Origin: Intoshia linei
Lineage: Eukaryota > Animalia > Orthonectida
Assembly: GCA_001642005.1 (NCBI GenBank)
Contig: LWCA01000165.1
Location: 1 to 45,460 of the forward strand
DNA length: 45,460 nt
Direction: 5' to 3'
The notes beneath the pieces are model-generated. The model saw only the letters and a program-made list of their open reading frames with translations, ran no database searches and had not been told where the DNA came from. Positions within the stretch are counted from its first letter, which is position 1; every line of letters starts with the position of its first letter. Below are positions 35,501-45,460 of the stretch, in pieces. The translations under genes and the position numbers were made by a program.

Positions 35501-36815
35501 CCCCAACCCTCCCGATAAATAGCCATTATAGTGAATTCCATCATACAATGTATCGATAAATTCTTCAGTTACATTAGCGTGGCCATCTGGGATATCGTAT
35601 GAAATTATTCCAGCTAATTAAATTATTTAAATCAATAGTAAATAAAAATTTACCCTTCCAACGATTTCCAATTAAAGTTAATTTGGTGCAAATTTTTTTT
35701 GGTTCTTTGGAGTAGGGGATGATTCTAATGTATCTAGCAATTATAGGAAAATTTTTGATTGACACTTGTGATGAACCAGTTAATCGTTCATCATCAATAA
35801 GCTAAAAGTTAAATTAGATACCTCAAGGCAAATCCTAATTATAATAGTAAATGTTTATTAATTAAAATTACTGCAGGGTATTTAAACCATAAATCCCTCG
35901 GTAGAAAAGGGTCGTATAGACGTGTATAATTAATGTAAAAGCTAGTCATTTTAATAAATTCCTAAATACGAAATTAGTATATCTTGGATGCCAGTGTCAT
36001 TTATGAATAATCAAATTTACCCCATCAATATTGACATCATTCCATTCAATGCTTGTCAATTTAGACAACCCATGAAATTCGATTTGTATAAATTGCTGCC
36101 CATTTTCATCAAAATTATTATATAGGCACCAACCGTCCAACGGATTTGAAGAGCTATATTACATATTTAAACTTCAAGAATCAAAACAAAAGTAGATGAT
36201 AATAATAAATGTCAAATAAAAATAAAAAAAATTAAATTCATCAATCTCCAGCATAGTTGTCAATATGTTTAATTGATTAATTTATTTTAAATAAAAAAGT
36301 AAACAATTCAAATTATGAAAAGTACATAATTTCAATTCAAAAATGAGACAAAATCATAAATTAAAATTCTATAAAAATATAAAAATTATATACAAATAAT
36401 CTTGTCGGAAGAACATTTTTAAACTAATTATAAACTAACAAAGCCATACTAAAGTATGGGTAAATGATTTTAATATGAAATTAATCATGTACATAAATTT
36501 ATATAGAGTTAATCAATGCTTTGATGCATAAATCAAACGAATATCAACTTGTTGCATTTAACACTAAAAAATTTGTTAATCAACTCATCTAAAAATGATG
36601 ATGCTTAACGTAACACACAAAATATACATTATTAAATTATCAACGCTAATTAGTATATATTTATAATAAGATGTAACGTAATTATTTGAAAATATACTTG
36701 ATATAACGTGGTTCATATCCATAAATCCAGCTGGAGGCTGTAATGTTTCTTATTTGAATTTTATATTCATTTGGATATTCCATGTGCGTTGGGACATCAA
36801 TATTCGACCTTACGG
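32510..36815 (-). CDS. DDR: Discoidin domain receptor tyrosine kinase, 5'-partial; join(36815..36698, 36153..36021, 35961..35872, 35801..35654, 35613..34205, 33742..33606, 33568..33344, 33304..32968, 32929..32510)
   Basis: DS domain (ITASSW…DGWC…ARYIRIIP…IC), DS-like domain (YDG…GGLGKLTDG…WVGW), TM segment (VISCVGAFSGMFLILAFLGIIYYKK), kinase (LGIGRYGE, VLAK, MASQVASGM, HRDLSARN, DFG, LPIRWMPWES, SDIWSFGV). Signal-peptide exon not located. Confidence 0.93.
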
Positions 36816-37439
36816 CTAAATATCATATATCAGCACAGAATAATACATTTATTGCACTCTCCATTTCACATGCACATATGGTTTTAATTTTTTCATACTA
36901 TTCCAAAATATTATGTCATTTTACTCATCAAATAGTTTCATTAAATTTAATAAAATCTTTCAAATTTTTAATTAGCGTAATTAAAAAAATTCTTAATTTC
37001 AAACATACTTATTGCGAACTACCAGTGCTTTATTTTATTTTATTTATTAGCGAAATTTTTTTTTAAAATGGAGGCTTTAATTTATTAAATTAAACATTAA
37101 AAAATTCTTGAATGTCAACTAAGAGTCTTAGAAAGGTGGATAGTTATATGACATTATAATTCGTTTACAAAATTTTTTCATAAACTATTTTTCATTTTTG
37201 AAGTGGCGACGGTCTTGCTAGGTTCGATTTCGGAAACTACAATCGAACTAAGTTAAATCTTTACATAGATTAAATTTAAGGCATGTGAAAATTATTCACG
37301 TTATTCAGTAAATTTTCACTTCATTTTGATTAGATGATGTTTACGTTCACTAATAATAATAATAAATGATCAATACAATTTTAATTTATTATTATTATTA
37401 TTGTTAAAAAAAGGTTATCTTCATGTTATTTAAAATTTT

Positions 37440-37466
37440 TCTTGTGGACCCCTTTGGGAACCACTG
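37440..37466. mobile_element. Orphan hAT right end
   Basis: GGACCCCTTTGGGAACCACTG followed by AATTAGTG (NNNTANNN). Confidence 0.55.
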
Positions 37467-39004
37467 AATTAGTGTTAATTTAAAATATGTCATATAATAA
37501 GTCAAGACTGGCTAGGGACTCTATGGCACTACCAATCGTTTGCAAATTTTTTTTAAGGACCCTATTTTTGATTTTCGGGAGGCCCGCGCTTTGTAGGTTC
37601 CGTCTTCTTCATCCATTGTTCAATCTTTAATGGAATCCATAAAACTCAAATTTTTAAATTAGCATGATATTGTTTGCTAAAATGTACTATTGATATGATC
37701 AATAAAAAATTATAAACTAAGACAATTTTCTAACACTACCTATTAATTTAGAATAGTATCAACCTTCATATGACCCTAGCCTCTCACCTCGGTTCTGGTT
37801 CCCTGCAGACTCAAATTTTAATTAATTTAACAAAGAACATCCAATTAAATACTATTCTAACAAGTAAATTCTATTTGTTATATTTCATGTGCATGCAAAG
37901 TTGAACTAGATGAAATTGAAAAAAACTTTGATACATTTTAAAACAAAATTTCGCTAAAATAATTATTTTCAAATGATTATAATCAATAGAATTTTAAATC
38001 TTAAAATCATCCAAAATAAACAAATTAAAAATACCATATAAAAAAAAGAGATTCAACAGAACAAGGTATTTGAATTCCATATCTAAAGTAATAAATATAA
38101 ACATATAAAAACATTCCAAACCAAACATCTAAAAATATACACAAAAATGAAATGTTTTTACTTGTCTAAACTGAAATGACATTTTGTCATGTAAATCTAT
38201 CACTCGATAATTGTTAATACGTAATATGAAATCAACAATTGTAAAGACTACTCAACTGAGAGCATACCAATTTTACCAGAATAATATAAATGTAAACACT
38301 TTGTTAAAACAAAAACACTTAAATCCAAATGATGCAAAATTTTATCGATTACATTTTAAAATAGACAAATCAAAAATTTTAATATACACCAAGTAACATT
38401 ATTATAATGAAAAATCGATTCGATAAAGATGCACCGGTTTATTGAGATTTAACAAGTACAAATTCGAAATCAAATCTCAGACGTCTACACAACGTGTAAT
38501 TAACGGACACATTGAATACTAACTAATAATGTCTATAATGAGTTGAAATATTAAAAAAAATGTAAAAATGTAAAAGTATCAAACTAAATAAAAAATAAAT
38601 AATAAAAATTTCACATTACAATATATATCGTGTCAATTCAAACTGACAAAATTGAAAAAAACATTAAAATTAACAGCACCCATAATTAAATATCTGTAAG
38701 TAAAACAAAAATTACCCTTGAGATTCAGAAATTGCAAAATTATACAAGTTGGTTGATTTTATAAAACTCTATGGAAAAGTATAATCCGAAACTGGAATAA
38801 TAAAACAGTGTAAATGTTCATGTCTAATCCCAAATCTAATCGCATTAATGTCTTTCACTAAAATGAAAATTACTTGTACGCACGCTATTAATTATGAAAT
38901 TAATTAATACGTTGACGTATCGAACAACAATATCGGTAATTTGTGAAATGGTTGGATTTCAAATGTTATTTTAAACGCAATGTCAAATTATATCTATACA
39001 TTAT

Positions 39005-39200
39005 TAGAGCAATAAATTAAATTAATGCATCGGTCGATATTAAATTTCAAAAATATATTGGCGTAACAAGAGTAATTTGTAGCACTATGGGGAGATTTTG
39101 AATTATTTCTGCTTATGTTGTAACTTTAGTAATATTGTCATATGGTTGAATTGTGAAATTGTGCTGCTTACAATTGAAACTTTCAATTGTACTGTATATT
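39005..39200 (+). mobile_element. Possible GIY-YIG endonuclease relic (Penelope-like)
   Basis: Frame reads AIN*INASVDIKFQKYIGVTR, resembling (G)xIYKIxC…YIGxTxR; interrupted by stops. Confidence 0.25.
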
Positions 39201-40362
39201 GAGACATTATAAGTTGAATTTGAACTGATCGCATAGAATATAATTTTGCGTTGAGAATATTTGATAAAGAATCAATTTGATAACAATAGACGAGTCACGC
39301 ACAAAATTTTTACAAATATAAACAATACAAATTGAGCCTAAACGTTTCCATTCATAAATAATTCATATAAACTCTCATCTAACATAAACACTAAAGTTTT
39401 ATATAATGAAAAAACTTATTACTCGGTTGGTAGTCGTGAATAAATTAATGGTCAACTATTTTTAGCAATTGTTATTCAAAAATTACGCTTCATTAGCTGA
39501 ATTAATTCCATATCAAGTACCATTTATATTGAATTAATTAAATATAAATGGTATTTTAAATTTAAACATGTACCGAAATGTAAATTAATAATTTACAATT
39601 CACAAACTAATTCAAGCGATTACATTTAATTTTACATTTTCATTTTTTACCACATTGCATTATTCCCACAATTTAATTAATTTTATTGGTCTATAAAAAT
39701 TTAAAGAGGCATTTCAAAAAACTGTTTTCGGTAAACGTTTATAATTCAATGGCATTACATTTCTCTTTATATTTGAACATTTTTTATGTGAAAATATACT
39801 TTGTTACTTTTTTATTTGTTTAATTTGTTTTACATTTTAAAAAATTTTTACGATTTGTTTGCAATAACATCTTGCATCTATTAATTTTTATTTGCTTTCA
39901 ACCCGACTATGAAATTTATTTTTTTTAATAATTGTTAATAATTTGAAGTTGTAAATCAATTCATTTATAATAAACCCTTAACTCAGTTCTATGAATTATA
40001 TTTAATAATGTATTGATTTACAATGAAAGTTATATGATCATTTTAAATCAATCAAGTTAAATGTCATTAAGGATTAGCATTTTTGTTTGTATGCAAAAAA
40101 TAAAAAAGATAAATAGTTTAATTAATGTTCATTTAAAATGTATAAATGTATTGTAAATTTTTCAAAGAGCATTAAAGTTTACCTAATAAATCATTATTAG
40201 AGAACAAAATACATGAAAACATTGCCGTGATTTTTTAAACTTTCCAGGTTAATTTTAGTGTTCCACCACGAGACGAGTTTTATTTAAAAATACATGTACA
40301 TTAAATGTAGATCCAATTTTTAAGGGAAAGCGTACTACATTTAAGGAGTTATACATTTAGAT

Positions 40363-40565
40363 CAGTGGTTTCCGATTCAAATAGTATACGGACCCTTATT
40401 ACAAAATATTTATTTTTTTAACCCCAAAAGAAACATGAAATATATAACATTTATAAAAAAATAAAAGGTTTTTTCTCATAAAATTTCGTAAAATCGATTT
40501 TCAAAAAAATATTGGAAAAAGAGATTTTTCCTTAAGGGTTGGTAAAATTGGATTTTTTATATTGT
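40363..40565 (+). mobile_element. 5' part of the satellite-bearing hAT MITE family
   Basis: CAGTGGTTTCCGATTCAAATA… matches the 7152 (-) copy, then one partial 120-bp unit. Left flank ATTTAGAT. Confidence 0.75.
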
Positions 40566-40569
40566 TGAT

Positions 40570-41004
40570 GTTTTATGAAATAATCAAAAAATATCTTTAA
40601 CGAGTCAAGAAAGGTAATGTACATAATTGGTGCATAAAATGCACTGCAGTACCCTTATGACCGTTCAACCTACGTCAATACAAAATGAAAGAAATTTCTC
40701 TACTGCTTCTAATTTCGTTACAAAACGTAGAACGCGTTTAAATAACGAATCTATTAATATTATGTGTTTTAAAACACTTTTTCAACAATCTAAAATAAAT
40801 AAATTTTTTTCTAATTAAATTTGTAAATTTCGATCTAGTAATCAAATAAAATTTCTTTATGTTTCTAAAATTAATTAAGGTCTTTAAAATTTTTAATGCT
40901 TCTATATTATATATGAATAAAAATTTTTTATTTTTCCCGAGACATTCAATTTTATATTTCCCGATTCTCGACTTTTGTCATTTCCCGGAAAATCACAATC
41001 ACTA
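40570..41004 (+). mobile_element. 3' remnant of an autonomous hAT transposon (dimerisation domain plus right end)
   Basis: LMTVQPTSIQNERNFSTASNFVTKRRTRLNNESINIMCF matches the hATC motif (P.TS…ER.FS…R.RL). Downstream repeated TTCCCG subterminal motifs and terminal …CACAATCACTA. Confidence 0.8.
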
Positions 41005-43499
41005 GCACACATATAATTAATGTTATGTAAATAAAGCAGTGATCCTTAACCGGTGCACCCAAAAAAAATAGCAAAATTTCCTAACTCGAAACTCTGATAT
41101 ATAGCATTAGGTATCATTTGCGAAAAATTTCTCAAGGAACTATTTTTGATTTTTAAAAGGTTTGAGTATGATAGTTATGTTTTGGATACATCCATGTCAT
41201 CAATTAATTACAAAATATAGGAATATAATGCAATTATTTAAATAGCCATTTATTTTAATATCTACAATATTATCTTCAAATATTAAGCTCTAGTTTAAAT
41301 TACAACCTGTTAATAAAAATTTGTGATTCATAGATATTTCAGAGCAAATAATCCGCTTTTTATAAATTTTTTGATAAAAAGTTTTTTTTGGCTTTTCAAA
41401 AATTTGGTCAAAAACTTAACTTCTCGTGACCCATCTCATTTAACTCCAATCAAAATAGAAAAACCTAATAACTTTTATCAATGAGTTACAAAATGTATTC
41501 AGAAACACAACTCAATATTTTTTAATTTTACCGGACAACATATTCACTATGAAAAGATATTTATTACAAAATAAAGTTTATTTTCTATACCTCTCAATTT
41601 TAAACTTGAATAATAAATACAGGTAATGCAGGTAGAAACTTTTGACTTTAACCTTAAACGAGAATATAAATGCGACTATAAAAATTGCGACAAATCCTAC
41701 AATTCAAAAACTCATTTCTTGCGACACAAAAAACTGAAACATGAAGATAATTCAAACGCTCATCATCTAACAGAGTAATTATAATGATAAATATAGCAAG
41801 AATTATTTTTCAAGTGTTAATTTAAATTTTAAATATATTTTCGTTGTATAGGCTATTAGCAACATTTATTTATGTAACCTTTATCATTTAAATTAAACTC
41901 CATTTGATTTAAATTAATTCAAACCTAAAAAAGAATAAAATTCTAAAATGCGCATAATTCTGAGCATGCTCCCAAATACAGTATTGAATTATAACTATAA
42001 TACCCAGTTAAAGTTTTGTAACATCACAAAATTTGATTGGATGTAGAATTTTCTTTACAACTGAAACAATACTCAAACTCATATTCAGTTAAAGATTTAT
42101 GATGATTAAAAGTTCTCTAGCTAAAGTCTAACTTTTCAAAAAACGACTCATTATTAAAAGAAATGACATAATCACACAAGTCTAAAATCTTGTTGTTATT
42201 AACCCTTTTAAAACTTAGGATCCAGCTAGAAAAATCACGTTTTCTCAGTTACCCTGTTAATAAGCGGTAATAAACCGTGACGAGGAAAATTATGAATTTA
42301 AAAAATGGCATACATTTAATCTTGTTTTGAACATTTTAAAATGTTAACTTCATCAGTTTCAGTGCACATTTACTAAGTTTCAATTGGTTTGAGTTGTAAT
42401 GCTCGTATCGGAAACAAAAAAGCCAATTACCTTTATCCATAAATATTTTTTATTAAACAGGTAAAAATTATTTTTTATCACATAGAATGTAAAATAGGTA
42501 TTCTTAACCCTTTTTCACTGTGGACCCTACGATAGTATTGAAAAGCCTGTCGACTAAAAAAAATGTATACATTACATTATTTACTTAAATAAAATTTGAG
42601 TTAAAAGTTAATTTACGTTATTTTGGTAACAAATACTTTATTTTACTATATTATACTAGATATAATGTAAATAAATTATTATTGAGAAGGAATTAAACCA
42701 TCTTATGATTATCAAAAATTTTATAATTGACCGCTTGTTATCCATCCTTGTTTTAAATGTAATTGTTTTTATCATGTCTTGGTTGTCATTTGAAGAGTCA
42801 TATTTATGTTTGTTGGTTAATTAACGACCCATATTAACATTTTTGGATTTTTATACATGTACTTACTGTGTATTTTAGATGTGAAATATGTTCTAAGGTT
42901 ATGTGGAGTTCAAACTTAGCACGGCACACTTTACGGTGTCACAATGATAATAGATTTAAGGTAAATAAGATTAAAATACAATACATTAATGAATTTACCG
43001 AAAGTAGATTGAGTGAACTCTAGTGCTATTATATGATTCTGTGTTTTTATCAATTAATTTCTAAATTTTTATAATTTCAATTTTATAATTACATACATTA
43101 GTATATTATTTCATTTATTTTTTTTGTTTAAATTTGGTTTATGGCATCAAATTATATTGCATTTATTCATTTTCGTGACCCAAATTTTTAAAACTCATTT
43201 AATTGCATGTCTATGGATTATATATAACATTTCATGATTGTGCTTGTTTTTTTAAATTTAATTAATAATACTTACATTTTTTCTAGTGCCCTGAAGACGA
43301 ATGTCTGCTAACATTTCAAAAAAGGTGTTTACTTGTAGATCATTTAAGCGATTATCACCTGAAGAATTTACACAAGTATGCATCAAGTATCATAAATATT
43401 ATAATAGTATTGAAATGTGAATACAAATGTATATCAATATACAATATGTGTTTTTATAAAAATTTTCCAACGTTTTAAATTGTGGCTGACCGTCTAAGA

Positions 43500-43550
43500 C
43501 AGGGGTGAACAACTTGCGACCGTGAGAGCGTTTATGTGCGGCCGTGGAAA
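43500..43550 (+). mobile_element. Orphan Charlie/Buster-type hAT left end
   Basis: CAGGGGTGAACAACTTGCGACC…TGCGGCC preceded by GTCTAAGA. Confidence 0.6.
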
Positions 43551-43923
43551 ATCAATGTGATCATAATAAAATATATCATATGAAATCACTTCAAATTGCA
43601 ACGTTTAAATCAGATTTTATTCAAGGGCAATTTAAAATATTTAAATCAAAGTTACATTTTTGACTTTGTACCAGTTTCTCTAATTAATGAAAACTTCCTG
43701 ATACACGTATTAAAATTTAAAGAAAATTTTTTTATTAAACCTAAACGTTAGGTCCAAAGTAAAGATTTACAGTGGGTTGTAAGAATATTGATCTGTACTG
43801 AGTAATGGTTCACAATAATGGAAGAATCGACCTCTTTTTTACGATTTAATTTTTTTATACTATAGAAAATTTACATTATTATTTATGTGTGTAGTTAAAA
43901 CATGTTAAATTGTTGGAATATTT

Positions 43924-44530
43924 ATCCTAACTTATAAAATATACTACGTGATTTTTGTTTGTGGGTGTGTGTTCCACTTTATTGAAATAACTACCAGTCT
44001 TAGAATTTTTTAAAGACCACATTTCAATTACAGTTTTTTCCGGGACGTATAATAAGATAAATTTCAATCCTTCCAATTTTACATCTTACGGGTCAAAAAC
44101 CCCAGTTGTCCCTATTTTTGAAAATCAAACGAGTTTGAGAATTTAAAAATGTATATATGCTGATACGGATTTTAAAATCATAAACATTAGCATAAATTTA
44201 AATTTAAAAAAATTATATTTTCAGGGCCAAAACTACAAATTACCTTTTCTTTTTTTAATGAAAATCGCCATAGAATTTCAACAAATATACAGTTGTATCC
44301 TGTTAATACAGACAGAAAATTTCAATCCGAATAAGTGACGACTTTACGATCAAAAAAACATTTTAGTATTCATATATTTTTTTTCGAACTATTTTATTAA
44401 CAAAAAAAGTAAAACAAAAAATATGAAATAATTAACGGTCCGAAAATTAAAAAAAAATGATTATTCTGATAGAGCTTATTCCAGTTGATATAAATACAAA
44501 AGTTCAACCCAAAAAATCTACGCATTGAGG
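43924..44530 (+). mobile_element. Longest copy of the Helitron-like family, with candidate 5' end
   Basis: Begins A|TCCTAACTTATAAAA…TTTGTTTGTGGGTGTGTGTT (TC start plus GT-rich tract); ends AATCTACGCATT. Homologous to five other segments in the window. Confidence 0.6.
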
Positions 44531-44648
44531 CATACGGGTTGAGGGATGTAACTTATATCAAATAAGTTATGAGTCTAAAATTTTGAAAAAAAATAGACAA
44601 CTTTGTGTCAACTAATGGAGGTATTATAAAATGTTAAACTGACACATC

Positions 44649-45216
44649 CAGTGGCGACTCTCCAACTCTGGCTACTCGGGCAAAGCCCGAGTTGATATTT
44701 TTATATTTTTTGAAAAATTATAATAATATTAAAAATAATAAAATATTTAATATTTTCGAGTGTTAAATTTCGTAATAATTGTTAAATTAATTTCTAATTT
44801 GTAAATATAAACACAATTATATATTCAGTTTGAAATTCAGAAAAGATTATTCACTTGACAATCACTGGTAAGCGACATATTTGCATAAATGTTTAAATTA
44901 AATCAATTTAAATACACATAACTCGGGCAGATTTTCATTTGACTAGTAATAAATCTATAGATTAAATTTATATAGCGGTTACATCTAAAATTTTATGAGA
45001 AATTATTTATATCTTATTTATGTCAATTTTAAATATCGTTACAAAAAATTTGAATATTCATTTTCTATTTATAATTTTCAGATTTAGTTTATAATTACTT
45101 CTTATTTGTAAAATTTTTTTTTGATATTTATTATTTTCAAATATAATTCGAAAAAAATGTGTGGTTGTCATAGAAATTTTAGCCCGAGTGATCTCGATTA
45201 GTCAGAGTCGCCACTG
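44649..45216. mobile_element. Complete hAT (Tip100-like) MITE, 568 bp
   Basis: Perfect 13-bp TIR CAGTGGCGACTCT, perfect 8-bp TSD GACACATC, and four GCCCGAGT/ACTCGGGC motifs. Confidence 0.93.
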
Positions 45217-45343
45217 GACACATCCCTGTTTGATATTTTTTTAATGTATAACTTTTTCCTTTTCCAAACTAATTAGAGTAATATATTTATAATGTTGGTA
45301 CTATAGTGCCTTTTCAAAATGTATTATTTTATAACACCTATAG

Positions 45344-45460
45344 CAGGGATGGGCAACTTTCTGTGATAGCTGGCCGAATTTTTATATAAAATAGATGGGT
45401 GGTCCAGACAAATAAATTTTAAGAATTTTTGGTTTGAATATATTTATTTTAAATTTTTAT
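45344..45460 (+). mobile_element. hAT left end running off the window
   Basis: CAGGGATGGGCAAC preceded by ACCTATAG (NNNTANNN). Confidence 0.65.

Noticed and set aside
42195-42530. Two TTAACCCTTT piggyBac-like starts
   Set aside because: Same orientation and no matching AAAGGGTTAA end nearby; insufficient to define an element.

Overview
AT-rich eukaryotic (metazoan) genomic DNA, not prokaryotic. Genes are split by GT-AG introns, many only 37-42 bp, so the ORF track shows fragments and false TTG/GTG starts. Manual splicing gives six protein genes and one pseudogene: SMC4 (3' part, +), a formin that probably joins the 593-aa and 706-aa ORFs (-), a frameshifted and truncated mitochondrial ClpX copy (+), phosducin-like PhLP2/PDCL3 (-, 6 exons), tRNA m5C methyltransferase NSUN2 (+, 10 exons), N-terminal methyltransferase NTMT1 (-, 3 exons) and a discoidin domain receptor tyrosine kinase (-, at least 9 exons, first exon not found). 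Large introns and intergenic DNA are full of non-autonomous transposons: hAT/Buster MITEs with NNNTANNN target sites, a Tip100-like MITE, a deleted pogo/Tigger, a Helitron-like family, a MITE carrying a 120-bp satellite, and faint Penelope-like relics. The most interesting candidates are a formin whose two actin-contacting FH2 residues appear substituted and which carries a ~700-aa basic tail, a DDR kinase with a ~33-aa activation-loop insertion, and signs of length-defined micro-intron splicing. Micro-introns plus very divergent proteins suggest a compact, fast-evolving invertebrate (an orthonectid such as Intoshia is a guess only). All homology calls are from recalled motifs; no database search was run.
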